The notes beneath the pieces were generated by a model. It was given only the letters and a program-made list of their open reading frames with translations, was not told the origin of the DNA and searched no databases. Below, in pieces: positions 8,786-18,475 of a stretch of 64,000 nt of DNA. Within the stretch, counting starts at the first letter, position 1. Each line of letters opens with the position of its first letter. Source of the stretch: Candidatus Magasanikbacteria bacterium UBA922 (lineage in GTDB: Bacteria > Patescibacteriota > Patescibacteriia > Magasanikbacterales > UBA922); assembly GCA_002293825.1 (NCBI GenBank), contig DBDW01000002.1, forward strand, positions 18,059 to 82,058, written 5' to 3'. The translations under genes and the position numbers were made by a program.

Positions 8786-11635
8786 TTATGCATTTTTACC
8801 ATGACACTTCTTATACTTGAGTCCTGATCCACATGGACACACATCATTCCGTCCGATTTTTCCTTCCACCGCTTTTCCTGCGCCAGAAGGTTTTGCTGCA
8901 GCCTCTGATTCACTCGTCTTCTTGGCACCTTCAAGTGTCATTGTGTCATCAGCCATGACGCTCGGCGCAAGCTGAATTCCTGTATGAATTTTGAAAATTG
9001 TATTTGCCACCTCACGCTGAATTCCTGACAACAATCGATTGAAGAGATGAAAACTCTCTTGTTTATATTGTACCAAAGGATCTCGCTGTCCATAGCCCTG
9101 AAGTCCAATTCCTGCACGCAAATGATCAATGGTAATCAGATAATCGACCCACATCATATCAATCGTGCGAAGCAATACACTACGTTCAAGCTCAACCATC
9201 ATCTGTGCACGAACACGTGGATCTGACTGTACATTTTCAAGAGATTGAGCAAAAACTGTATACGCAGATTGAGCTTCTGCAATCAATTTTTTCACCACCT
9301 CATCACGTACTTCTATTGGATTTCTATTTTCCTGTGCCGCAGTTGACACAATCGACTCAACCTCAGCTACATGAGTAGCCGAAAGCGGCATCATCGCATT
9401 CATACTCTCCACAATTTCTTTAGTATTCCACTGTGTCTCATCTTCGGTACTCGTATGCATAGATACGATAGTTTCGATCTCCTGCTCAACCATTTCAAGA
9501 ATAATTTCACGAAGAGTACGGGGACGAGTTTCTTCTTCAGAAACTACAGATTCTGTATTTACCGCCATATCGATTTCTCGTTTCGCAGCATCGAGAATTT
9601 CACGTCGTTTCTTATAAATCACGTCACGTTGCTTGTTCAATACATCATCGTATGAAAGCAAATGTTTACGAGTATCAAAATGATGTGATTCAACTTTTTT
9701 CTGAGCACTTTCGAGAATCCGCGTAATCATCTTCTGCTCAATCGGCATGTCATCCGGAATATTGAATCGAGTCATCACCGCTTTCAAACGATCACCTGAA
9801 AAAATACGCATAAGATCATCCTCGGTCGATACAAAAAATTGTGTTTCACCCGGATCACCCTGACGCGCGCTTCGTCCACGAAGCTGATTGTCGATACGTC
9901 GTGACTCATGTCGTTCGGTTCCCAGAACAAATAACCCTCCTGCAGCAACTACTTTTTCTACATCTTCTTTTACAGAAGGAACTCCACCCAATTTGATATC
10001 GACACCACGACCTGCCATGTTCGTTGCTAAAGTTACCGCACCTGGACGTCCTGCCTGTGCAATAATCTGTCCTTCACGTTCATGATTTTTAGCATTCAAA
10101 ATCTCATGTTCAATTCCCTGACTAAACAAATATGCACTCAATTCTTCATTTTTTTCAACAGAAATAGTACCGATAAGTACAGGCTGCCCCTTTGCACGTG
10201 CTTCTCGCACCTTCTCAACAATCGCTCTATATTTTCCACTGGTATTTTTATAAATACGATCAGGGTGATCAGTTCGACGATCACCTTTATTCGTCGGAAT
10301 AGTACTTACTTCTAATCCATAAATCTTGAAAAATTCTTCTTCTTCAGTCTTTGCAGTACCAGTCATGCCACTCAATTTGTCATACATGCGAAACAAATTC
10401 TGGAATGTAATCGTCGCCAACGTTCGTGATTCTTTCTGAATAGGCACCTTTTCTTTTGCCTCAATTGCTTGATGCAATCCTTCGGAATAGCGACGTCCGG
10501 GCATTTTTCGACCAGTAAATTCATCAATAATAATGATTTCACCTGTATCAACAATATAGTCTTTATCACGTTTGAACAAAAATTCAGCTTTCAATGCCTG
10601 CTCGATATGATGTACAGTTCTAATTCCACCCTCGACATAAATATTGTCAACATTGAGCCATTGTTCAAACTTTGCAATTCCTGAATCAGTAAGCGTTGCA
10701 CTGCGCAATTTTTCATCAATATTGTAATCCTCATTCTGAACAAGCATTTTCACCAAATCAGCAAAACGATAATACTGATCGGTAGCTTCCTCAGCTTGTG
10801 CAGAAATGATAAGTGGCGTACGTGCCTCGTCGATCAAAATAGAATCAATTTCATCAACAATTGCATAATGCATTTCGCTTCCCGGTCGCATCACCATATC
10901 TTCAATTCGCTGCACCATGTTGTCACGAAGATAATCAAAACCAAATTCATTATTGGTTCCATAGGTAATATCGCATCGATATGCCTCTTGTCGTGATGCT
11001 GGTCGCAAATATTCATTTTCCACTTCAAAACTACCTTTTTCATCACGCTCTACATCAGCCTCAGATCCTTCTACCAATTCTACACGTGCCGCATGCTCTA
11101 CAGTACCATCTTCAGACTTTTTGTGCGCATCATAGACAAACGTAACTCGCTGATTTTGCACAATACCCGTCGTCATTCCAAGAAAATCATAAATCTGTCC
11201 CATCCATACCGCATCTCGTTTTGCAAGATAATCATTTACAGTAACCACATGCACACCCTTCCCTGCAAGTGCATTCAGGTATACAGCAAGAGTCGCTGTA
11301 AGCGTCTTACCTTCTCCAGTACGCATTTCCGCAATCCGCCCTCGATGAAGTGTGATACCTCCAATCAATTGAACATCATAATGACGCATCCCGAGTGTGC
11401 GTTTTGCCGCTTCACGCACCACCGCAAACGCTTCAGGCAATATATCATCCAAAGTTTCTCCTTTTTCAAGACGAGCTTTGAATTCGTCTGTTTTTGCGCG
11501 CACCTGTTCATTCGTTAATTTTTCATACTCGTGCTCAAGCGCATTAATACGGTCTACCAATGGCTGAAGACTCTTAATTACCTTTTTATTCTGGTCTGGA
11601 AATAGTTTCTGTAAAAAAGACATACGGATATACAA
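8786..11635 (-). CDS. secA: preprotein translocase ATPase SecA
   Basis: 949 aa. DEAD-like motor motifs present (MRTGEGKTLTATLAVYLNAL, DEIDSILIDEARTPLIIS, TNMAGRGVDIKLGG). C-terminal zinc-binding tail CPCGSGLKYKKCHG. Confidence 0.95.
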   Translation of the reverse strand: MYIRMSFLQKLFPDQNKKVIKSLQPLVDRINALEHEYEKLTNEQVRAKTDEFKARLEKGETLDDILPEAFAVVREAAKRTLGMRHYDVQLIGGITLHRGRIAEMRTGEGKTLTATLAVYLNALAGKGVHVVTVNDYLAKRDAVWMGQIYDFLGMTTGIVQNQRVTFVYDAHKKSEDGTVEHAARVELVEGSEADVERDEKGSFEVENEYLRPASRQEAYRCDITYGTNNEFGFDYLRDNMVQRIEDMVMRPGSEMHYAIVDEIDSILIDEARTPLIISAQAEEATDQYYRFADLVKMLVQNEDYNIDEKLRSATLTDSGIAKFEQWLNVDNIYVEGGIRTVHHIEQALKAEFLFKRDKDYIVDTGEIIIIDEFTGRKMPGRRYSEGLHQAIEAKEKVPIQKESRTLATITFQNLFRMYDKLSGMTGTAKTEEEEFFKIYGLEVSTIPTNKGDRRTDHPDRIYKNTSGKYRAIVEKVREARAKGQPVLIGTISVEKNEELSAYLFSQGIEHEILNAKNHEREGQIIAQAGRPGAVTLATNMAGRGVDIKLGGVPSVKEDVEKVVAAGGLFVLGTERHESRRIDNQLRGRSARQGDPGETQFFVSTEDDLMRIFSGDRLKAVMTRFNIPDDMPIEQKMITRILESAQKKVESHHFDTRKHLLSYDDVLNKQRDVIYKKRREILDAAKREIDMAVNTESVVSEEETRPRTLREIILEMVEQEIETIVSMHTSTEDETQWNTKEIVESMNAMMPLSATHVAEVESIVSTAAQENRNPIEVRDEVVKKLIAEAQSAYTVFAQSLENVQSDPRVRAQMMVELERSVLLRTIDMMWVDYLITIDHLRAGIGLQGYGQRDPLVQYKQESFHLFNRLLSGIQREVANTIFKIHTGIQLAPSVMADDTMTLEGAKKTSESEAAAKPSGAGKAVEGKIGRNDVCPCGSGLKYKKCHGKNA

Positions 11636-11650
11636 AGCTCAAAACATCTC

Positions 11651-11687
11651 AATAAATAAAAGACTAGCCCTTTGAATCAGGCTAGTC
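11651..11687 (-). terminator. intrinsic terminator (minus-strand orientation) between the hypothetical gene and secA
   Basis: Stem gactagcc/ggctagtc with a 10-nt loop. On the minus strand it is followed by ttttatttatt. Confidence 0.5.
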
Positions 11688-11739
11688 TAGCATAGCACGA
11701 ACTATGGCAATTGTCTACCCTCTGAAATGACAAAAAACC

Positions 11740-12042
11740 TTATGTCCTCAGATATTCTTGCACCACAGCAAGAACGTGTGATAATTCGGATCCTCCGAGA
11801 TTATGTGCGAGAAGTCTTTGTCGAATATGTGTAATTTCTTCATGCACGGCTACTGCCGTCATTCCACCCTTCTTCGACATTTGTTCATACTTAATTTTTT
11901 CAAACACTGCTCGAAAATTAAGTGCAGCGCGACGAATCTCTACCGGGTAATGTACATCTCCAGCAGCCTTGAGAAGATATTTCAATACAGAGTCCTTGCT
12001 TTTCAGTGATTCACGAAAATGGTCAAACTCGAACTCTGACAT
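11740..12042 (-). CDS. hypothetical protein (first gene of an operon with hpf)
   Basis: 100 aa ORF with a 5-nt gap to the hpf start. No motif recognised. Confidence 0.4.
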   Translation of the reverse strand: MSEFEFDHFRESLKSKDSVLKYLLKAAGDVHYPVEIRRAALNFRAVFEKIKYEQMSKKGGMTAVAVHEEITHIRQRLLAHNLGGSELSHVLAVVQEYLRT

Positions 12043-12047
12043 ACCGA

Positions 12048-12395
12048 TTATTCTTGATAGCCTTTAATTTCACGTAATACTTTTCGATCTTTTGCTCGTT
12101 TTTTTTCTTTAGCTTCTTCTAATTCTACTTTCAAATGATCTCGAACTTTATCAATTGATTTATACAAATCTTCAGTTTCTTTTCGTACACGAATCAATTC
12201 ACCTTGAGGTATTCTCACATTGACTTCTGCATAAAAAATTTTACCCTTGTGATGGTGTGTGGTAGTGAGTCCTACATCAATTGAAATACTCGTGATTCGA
12301 TCAAAATATTTTTCAAGACTACTCATTTTCTGCTCAGCATAGTCTCGGATCATATCTGTAAGCTCGATACCGCTTGCGTGGATTGAAATATTCAT
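12048..12395 (-). CDS. hpf: ribosome hibernation promoting factor (short HPF/RaiA)
   Basis: MNISIHASGIELTDMIRDYAEQKMSSLEKYF…FYAEVNVRIPQGELI is the classic S30AE/HPF N-domain. Confidence 0.8.
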   Translation of the reverse strand: MNISIHASGIELTDMIRDYAEQKMSSLEKYFDRITSISIDVGLTTTHHHKGKIFYAEVNVRIPQGELIRVRKETEDLYKSIDKVRDHLKVELEEAKEKKRAKDRKVLREIKGYQE

Positions 12396-12419
12396 ACGAC
12401 AAAAAATTAAGACTAAAGC

Positions 12420-13388
12420 TTAAAACGTATAAATTTCTTCTTCAAGTTCGATTCCAAATTTCTCGTACACCACGGTCTTTATCTGAGCAATCAATTGACG
12501 CACATCATCTGCAGTAGCATTCCCTGTATTCACAATAAAATTACCATGCTGATCAGATATCAATGCTCCACCCACTTGAAGTCCCTTGAGTCCCGCCTGC
12601 TCGATGAGCCATCCTGCAGAAATTTTTCCAATACTCAAAAATTTTTGTACTTTCTCGCTATATTTATCAAAATGTTCAATGAGCTGCTCTCGGTATCTCC
12701 CCGTATCAGGATTCTGAAAAATACATCCCGTAGAAGCGTGTCCTTGTGGCTGTGTAGAATTACGATACATAAGATATTCAAGTGCATGTTTCAACAATTC
12801 CGTATCTTCAGTAGGCTCAAGCTTTAATACTACACGCAATACCACACCTCCAGAAACCTTGAACGCACTTGTGCGATACCCAAATTCACATTCACCAAGA
12901 CTAAGTTCTCGCACCTCTCCATTCTGATATACGAAGACCCGTTCGACTGAATCGCTCATATCAAACCCCATTGCCCCAGCATTACCACGCACAGCACCAC
13001 CGATAGTTCCAGGTACTCCCACTCCCCACTCAAATCCAGTCAACTGCTCTTTCATCGAAAAACGTGCAACTGAAACCGTGAGTGCACCCGCATCTGCAAA
13101 AATCAATGAGCCTTCGCGTCGAATTTCCTGATACGCGGGGTGCAATACCACTCCTTCAAATCCCTGATCACTCGCGAGCATATTTGACCCGCCACCAAGG
13201 ATCATATACGGAATACCTACCCCATCCAAATACCGCATCAACGCAACATGACCATCGAGCGTTTCCACCGACACAAAATACTGAGCAGGCCCACCTATCT
13301 TAAATGAGGTATGTTTCGAAAGCTGTTCATTCAGCTTGACCGCTCCATATTGTTTCAATTGTTCAATCAATTGGTTCATAGATTGCAA
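12420..13388 (-). CDS. murB: UDP-N-acetylenolpyruvoylglucosamine reductase MurB
   Basis: FAD-binding PCMH domain (FKIGGPAQYFV…ILGGGSNML) plus the MurB C-terminal domain. 322 aa. Confidence 0.85.
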   Translation of the reverse strand: MQSMNQLIEQLKQYGAVKLNEQLSKHTSFKIGGPAQYFVSVETLDGHVALMRYLDGVGIPYMILGGGSNMLASDQGFEGVVLHPAYQEIRREGSLIFADAGALTVSVARFSMKEQLTGFEWGVGVPGTIGGAVRGNAGAMGFDMSDSVERVFVYQNGEVRELSLGECEFGYRTSAFKVSGGVVLRVVLKLEPTEDTELLKHALEYLMYRNSTQPQGHASTGCIFQNPDTGRYREQLIEHFDKYSEKVQKFLSIGKISAGWLIEQAGLKGLQVGGALISDQHGNFIVNTGNATADDVRQLIAQIKTVVYEKFGIELEEEIYTF

Positions 13389-13457
13389 TTATACACAGAA
13401 ACAGCTATATTATCAGGAGTCAATATCTCTCGTATCAATTCGTATAACACAGTTTTT

Positions 13458-14684
13458 ATGCTCTCCCAGATTATCTACATTACCCGCGATATCGAACGAG
13501 CGCTTGGATGTCTCACTACGCCCTCTGTGTCCATTATCTCAAATGATTCAGACTTTGCCAAGTCAATCAAAGAACGCTATCCTAAGCAAATTTTTCTTAT
13601 TGAAGACAACAAAACATTAGACACATACGAACTTCTGGAACACCCAAAAACAACAGAAGTGCTTTCACACCTTACAAATCCTCAGATACTCGTATTCAAA
13701 AATACATCTCGAATCGAAAAATGGTGCGCCACAAATAACTACCCTCTTCTCAACCCTCCAGCAAAACTAGCAGCCTCACTCGAAGAAAAGCTCACTCAAC
13801 TTGAAACACTCGACGATCTCATCGAACTCATGCCTCGATACAAAAAAAAGACTATTGAGGATCTACATTGGTTTAGAGAACCATACATTATCCAATTCAA
13901 CCATTCACATACTGGTTCAGGAACAGTGCTGATTGATTCAGAAGAAAAACTGGATGAATTAAAAAAAGTATTCGCAAAACGCGAATGCCGTATTGCTCCG
14001 TTCATCAGCGGTCCTATTTTTACCAGCAACATTGTCGTTGGAATAGATGCTATATTGACCGGAAATATGAGTTACCAGATAACCGGCTTACAACCATTCA
14101 CCGACGAAACATTTGCTACTATCGGAAACGATTGGGGAGCTCCCTATAGTATACTAAACGATTCAGAACGAGCAGAATACGAACTCATTAGTCGTGAGAT
14201 TGCAAAAAAACTACAAAGTCTCAGATGGAAAGGATTATTTGGAATAGATGCCATTTGGAGTACCCAAGAAAAACGATGGTACGTCATAGAGATCAACGCA
14301 CGCCAGCCAGCAAGCGCTTCATACGAAAGCATGCTTCAAAAAAATACAAATTCCCAACCCTCAAATCTCACCATACTCGAAGCACATCTAAAAGCACTTC
14401 AAGGAGAATCTCTAAAAGAATATTCTCTCACTAAAATTACAGACGGTGCTCAAATTATTCATCGAGTTACAAAAAAAATCACATCACCTGAGCAAGCAGC
14501 ACACATGCTACAAAAACTTGATGAGCTTCGTTTTGAGACATGGAATACAAAAAAACTCACCATAATCCCATACGAAAACACAAGTCATAATAGCGATTTA
14601 CTTAGAATCCAATCAGAAAAAAGTATCATACACGGTGATGAATTTACTGAAGTTGGAGAAAAAATTTTGAAGATTATTCAATGA
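13458..14684 (+). CDS. ATP-grasp domain protein (amidoligase; not a canonical Ddl)
   Basis: C-terminal ATP-grasp core present (…WKGLFGIDAIWSTQEKRWYVIEINARQPAS…). The start was moved to the ATG at 13458 to avoid a 78-nt antisense overlap with murB. It lacks the Ddl N-terminal MKIAVLxGG motif. Confidence 0.6.
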   Translation: MLSQIIYITRDIERALGCLTTPSVSIISNDSDFAKSIKERYPKQIFLIEDNKTLDTYELLEHPKTTEVLSHLTNPQILVFKNTSRIEKWCATNNYPLLNPPAKLAASLEEKLTQLETLDDLIELMPRYKKKTIEDLHWFREPYIIQFNHSHTGSGTVLIDSEEKLDELKKVFAKRECRIAPFISGPIFTSNIVVGIDAILTGNMSYQITGLQPFTDETFATIGNDWGAPYSILNDSERAEYELISREIAKKLQSLRWKGLFGIDAIWSTQEKRWYVIEINARQPASASYESMLQKNTNSQPSNLTILEAHLKALQGESLKEYSLTKITDGAQIIHRVTKKITSPEQAAHMLQKLDELRFETWNTKKLTIIPYENTSHNSDLLRIQSEKSIIHGDEFTEVGEKILKIIQ

Positions 14685-14738
14685 GTTTTACCATATCTAT
14701 ATTCTCATTTTTATGAGAATAGTGACAGAAAAAGAAGT

Positions 14739-15506
14739 ATGCCCACAAAACACCTTTCAGACAATGCACTCGCTGTGCTCGACTCCTATGAACATTTAAA
14801 AATCGGTGAGAAAAAAATAAACACCCCTTATTTCAACAATCGCACCAGCAATCTTCGAGGTGCACTACGCGTACTCATAGGCAAAGGGACTGCTCAAGAA
14901 ATTATAGACGAAACACGTATTATCGCATTACGTGACAAACTCGAACTAGAAAACTTCGACGAAATAGAACTTGTAAAATTTCTCACTGATCATAAATTGG
15001 GCATTGATTGCTCGGGATTCGTATATTATATATTAGATGCAGAATTAAAAACACAAGGTAAAAGACTAAAACACATTCTTTCATTTACCTCAAAAAAAAT
15101 TTTGAGAAGATTGATCGCACGAATACGAAACGTAGAAAACACAAGCGTCCTCACCTTGCATGAGAACTCAATAGAACTTCCGCTAGAACAATGTGCACCT
15201 GGTGATATGATCATCTCACTCAGAGGTGGTCCACAACACGACTACAGTCACGTCATCCTCATAACCTCAGTCACCACAGACGAGAGTGGAAAACCCCTTT
15301 CATTGGAATACGCACATTCGTACCACTGGAAATCAGAAGGATTATATACCAAGGGAATTAGAAAAGGAGTCATTACAATAATAGACACCGCTCAAACAAT
15401 TCTAGAACAGACATGGGTCGAGGATGGAAAAACCGGAGAGCAAAATGAGACATGGCAACATCTCAGAGAAAGTCAGCATTGTTGCGTGTGTCGAATAAAA
15501 ACATAG
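14739..15506 (+). CDS. NlpC/P60-like papain-fold cysteine peptidase/amidase domain protein
   Basis: Catalytic Cys context GIDCSGFVYYIL and downstream His context PGDMIISL…HDYSHVILITSV resemble the NlpC/P60 Cys-His arrangement. No signal peptide is evident. Confidence 0.45.
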   Translation: MPTKHLSDNALAVLDSYEHLKIGEKKINTPYFNNRTSNLRGALRVLIGKGTAQEIIDETRIIALRDKLELENFDEIELVKFLTDHKLGIDCSGFVYYILDAELKTQGKRLKHILSFTSKKILRRLIARIRNVENTSVLTLHENSIELPLEQCAPGDMIISLRGGPQHDYSHVILITSVTTDESGKPLSLEYAHSYHWKSEGLYTKGIRKGVITIIDTAQTILEQTWVEDGKTGEQNETWQHLRESQHCCVCRIKT

Positions 15507-15521
15507 ATACTTAAATACAAT

Positions 15522-15950
15522 ATGCGAGAATCAAGACAAAGTCCTGTATGGGGCGGAGCTGCAGAAGAATGGATGCTGAAAAAAGAAAAGCACAAACAAG
15601 AAATTATCGCAGCGATCACAGATATACCGATATTATTTGATACCGACAACTTTCAAGATTTGATTGACCACCTAAACCTACTACAAGCAGGAGAAGTTGG
15701 AGATCTTCACATTGGCGAAAAAAACTATTCAATCCACACCATCAAAGAATTAATCAGTCTAACAATAGAAGATTTTTCAAAAGAAGGTAGAAGAGAAAAA
15801 GTGAATACGGGGGTAATACCAGATGAAAAAATAATACGATATTTAAAGGAACGAGGAATAACCGGAGGTAAAATACATGAGGAAAGTATCCAAGGATTCA
15901 GAGAATGTATACTCAAATGTATAAAAAATATGTGCAAAGACGAAACTTGA
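15522..15950 (+). CDS. hypothetical protein (third gene of the ATP-grasp/NlpC-P60 trio)
   Basis: 142 aa acidic ORF, 15 nt after the preceding stop and followed by a terminator. Confidence 0.4.
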   Translation: MRESRQSPVWGGAAEEWMLKKEKHKQEIIAAITDIPILFDTDNFQDLIDHLNLLQAGEVGDLHIGEKNYSIHTIKELISLTIEDFSKEGRREKVNTGVIPDEKIIRYLKERGITGGKIHEESIQGFRECILKCIKNMCKDET

Positions 15951-15975
15951 ACTTTCTCTTATTTTAAGATAGACT

Positions 15976-16006
15976 AGAATGGCTTAATATAGCCATTCTT
16001 TTTTAT
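15976..16006 (+). terminator. intrinsic terminator (stem agaatggc/gccattct + T6)
   Basis: agaatggcttaatatagccattctttttt lies directly after the 15522-15950 ORF. Confidence 0.6.
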
Positions 16007-16050
16007 TGAATCAAATTCGCATCTAGGCACCCTATACAGCTCACTATTAT

Positions 16051-17181
16051 ATGATCGTTGATCACACTTCTCTCGACCTCCTCCGCTCCATGATCGGTTA
16101 CGGAATTCTCGCATGTATCATTGCATTTCTCTGGGCACCACTCCTCACAAAAATTCTCTACAAATACAATCTCACCCGCCGACCCGAATATGATGCCACA
16201 CTTGCGATGGGAGCACGCAAAAGCAAAATCGGGGTTCCTGTTATGGGCGGACTACTTGTCATCGTCACGGTTGCAGTTTTAACAATTATATTTAATTGGG
16301 AGCGAAAATATACCTGGGTACCCATTGGCGTCATGTTGCTCTCTGCGTTACTCGGGGGTATTGATGATGTCATGAATATCTACGGACATCAGCGCCGTAG
16401 TAGAAAACTCGCACAAGTACTCCGACTGATCCGTGTACACAAAGAATGGAAGATGCGCTTGTGGTACACACTCACACTTCCCTGGTCGATCTTCAAACGC
16501 ACATCAGCATGGCTCTCAAAACACCCTGGTCGTGGAGTACATGTACATGAGAAATTATTATTACAGTTTATTGCCGGGGCCATCACTGCATGGTGGGTAT
16601 ATTTCAAACTCGGTGAAACATGGCAATCGATCCATATTCCCTTTGACGGATTTGTACATATCGGCTGGCTCATTATTCCACTCATTATATTCTTCGTCAT
16701 GTTTACTGCAAATGCAGTAAATGTTGCAGACGGTATGGACGGACTTGCAGGCGGCTCCCTTCTCATTACGTTTGCCAATCTTGCAATCCTAAGCTGGCTC
16801 GAAGGATACCAAGAAATTGCAATACTAAATACCATGGTTTCAGGTGCGCTTATTGCATACACATATTTCAATATCAAACCTGCACGATTCCAAATGGGAG
16901 ACGTAGGTTCGCTCGGACTAGGTGCACTCCTGGCAATCAACACGATCGTGATCAATCACATGCTCCTCCTCCCTCTCTTTGGTTTTATCTTCTTTGTCGA
17001 GCTCTTGAGTGTCGTGATCCAGATTATCGGTCGCTACACTCTCGGACGCCGTATCTTCTCCATGGCACCTATCCACCATCATTTTGAACTTCGCGGATGG
17101 AGTGAGGAAAAAACCGTGATGCGATTCTGGATCATGCATGCGGGAGCAGTATTACTCGGTCTCTGGATTGCATTGTACTAG
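16051..17181 (+). CDS. mraY: phospho-N-acetylmuramoyl-pentapeptide transferase MraY (GT4 polyprenyl-phosphate sugar-phosphate transferase family)
   Basis: 10-TM protein with the MraY/WecA motifs LLGGIDDVMNI, ANAVNVADGMDGLAGG and a C-terminal HHHFE. Sits in a peptidoglycan context (murB upstream, Mur ligase downstream). Confidence 0.7.
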   Translation: MIVDHTSLDLLRSMIGYGILACIIAFLWAPLLTKILYKYNLTRRPEYDATLAMGARKSKIGVPVMGGLLVIVTVAVLTIIFNWERKYTWVPIGVMLLSALLGGIDDVMNIYGHQRRSRKLAQVLRLIRVHKEWKMRLWYTLTLPWSIFKRTSAWLSKHPGRGVHVHEKLLLQFIAGAITAWWVYFKLGETWQSIHIPFDGFVHIGWLIIPLIIFFVMFTANAVNVADGMDGLAGGSLLITFANLAILSWLEGYQEIAILNTMVSGALIAYTYFNIKPARFQMGDVGSLGLGALLAINTIVINHMLLLPLFGFIFFVELLSVVIQIIGRYTLGRRIFSMAPIHHHFELRGWSEEKTVMRFWIMHAGAVLLGLWIALY

Positions 17182-17209
17182 CACAGAGCGAGACCAACAG
17201 AAAACACAA

Positions 17210-17878
17210 ATGCGTATGCCAAACTACCTTGCCTGGAAAAAACAAACTATCACCGACTTTTCTCCGGAAAATATCAGCGACATGTATGCTGATGGTTTTG
17301 TTTTTACACGTGAAAAAAAAGGTTCCATGGATCAGACACGAAGTGTACGAATCGATCTTTCAAAATTCAAACTTTCAAGTGAAAATCGTCGTATTCTCAA
17401 AAAAAATGATGAAATACACATAGAGACTATTCCTCTTCCCCATTCTGACTATCATTGGTCAATCGGTAAAATGGCAAAAGATTTTTACACCACCAAATTT
17501 GGTGATGGTACTTTTAGTGCAAACAAAACAAAAGAATTACTTACCAGTGCAGATGAAAGTAATTTCAACATGCTATTGAAATATTCGCACGATGAAGATG
17601 TGCTCGGCTACGCAATTTGTTATACGAATAATGAAATATTTCACTACTCATATCCATTTTATGAACTTACCAATGTTGCCGAGTTTACTAATATTGGAAT
17701 TGGTATGATGACCAAAGCAGTTCAGTGGGCGCAAGATACTGGTAAAAAATATATCTACCTCGGCTCAGCACAGCGCCCAACCGATACGTATAAATTTCAA
17801 TTTGAAGGAATTGAATGGTTTGATGGAGGAAAATGGACGGAGGATGTAGAAAAATTAAGAGATGCACTATCTAGTTAG
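17210..17878 (+). CDS. Ate1/Bpt-family aminoacyl-tRNA--protein transferase-like protein (GNAT fold)
   Basis: C-terminal region VQWAQDTGKKYIYLGSAQRPTDTYKFQFEGIEW matches the ATE_C signature (WAQExGxxYYYLGYYI…MxYKxxFxPxE). The start was trimmed to the MRMPNYL ATG. Confidence 0.5.
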   Translation: MRMPNYLAWKKQTITDFSPENISDMYADGFVFTREKKGSMDQTRSVRIDLSKFKLSSENRRILKKNDEIHIETIPLPHSDYHWSIGKMAKDFYTTKFGDGTFSANKTKELLTSADESNFNMLLKYSHDEDVLGYAICYTNNEIFHYSYPFYELTNVAEFTNIGIGMMTKAVQWAQDTGKKYIYLGSAQRPTDTYKFQFEGIEWFDGGKWTEDVEKLRDALSS

Positions 17879-18420
17879 TGATTGCTAAATTAATTTATAA
17901 AAAATTGAATATGCCAAGAAAATACGAAGGGGGTCCACAATATCCAGATAACGAGACAAAAAATTCTAAAAATGAAAAAAAAGTTAGTGTTGTCATTGAC
18001 AAAAACTACCTTGGACTAGAAGTGAATCACTTTGATCTACAATCACTTAACCCAAAAGTGGACATGTTGGGTAACGATAAATTTACAGAAGTTTTATTTG
18101 AAACTCAATCTGGCAACATGTATTTAATCTATCGCCTCCCAGACCATACGTTCGCAATCGCAGACGCAAAAAGCAACACAGGTAAAGGACTCAAACAAAT
18201 AAAAGGTAGTTTATTGTCTGACTCAGAAATAGCGAATGGCGTATTAGAAGTTGGAAAGAATTTTCATTTTGGTAAAGGTTGGCAGACTTCTCCTATATCT
18301 AAAATTACTTGTATCAATGGTAATAAAATATACGATGAAACACGAATACACGAACTCACAGGTGGAAAAAATTCCGACGCAAGGGATAAATTTAAAAATC
18401 GGATAAAACCTAAAAAATAA
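17878..18420 (+). CDS. hypothetical protein (GTG start overlapping the upstream stop by 1 nt)
   Basis: 180 aa, Lys-rich. Translationally coupled to the Bpt-like gene. Confidence 0.4.
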   Translation: MIAKLIYKKLNMPRKYEGGPQYPDNETKNSKNEKKVSVVIDKNYLGLEVNHFDLQSLNPKVDMLGNDKFTEVLFETQSGNMYLIYRLPDHTFAIADAKSNTGKGLKQIKGSLLSDSEIANGVLEVGKNFHFGKGWQTSPISKITCINGNKIYDETRIHELTGGKNSDARDKFKNRIKPKK

Positions 18421-18475
18421 AAAGGGGTAATTTTGTGTATTTTAATCCAGACTTTAGAGACTTTCGACTAATTAT

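Noticed and set aside
8938-11518. Antisense and alternate-frame ORFs inside secA (8938-9129, 9371-9655, 9888-10085, 10082-10315, 10372-10569, 10469-10684, 10796-10996, 11093-11518)
   Set aside because: They lie entirely within the well-supported 949-aa SecA frame and have low-complexity translations.
13311-13457. N-terminal 49-codon extension of the ATP-grasp ORF
   Set aside because: It would run 78 nt antisense into the murB coding region and has a low-complexity translation. The ATG at 13458 gives a clean intergenic gap.
16158-16955. Antisense ORFs within mraY (16158-16373, 16389-16955) and the + frame 16433-16720
   Set aside because: They are nested in the MraY frame, which has family motifs. 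Their products are Ser/Pro-rich with no motifs.
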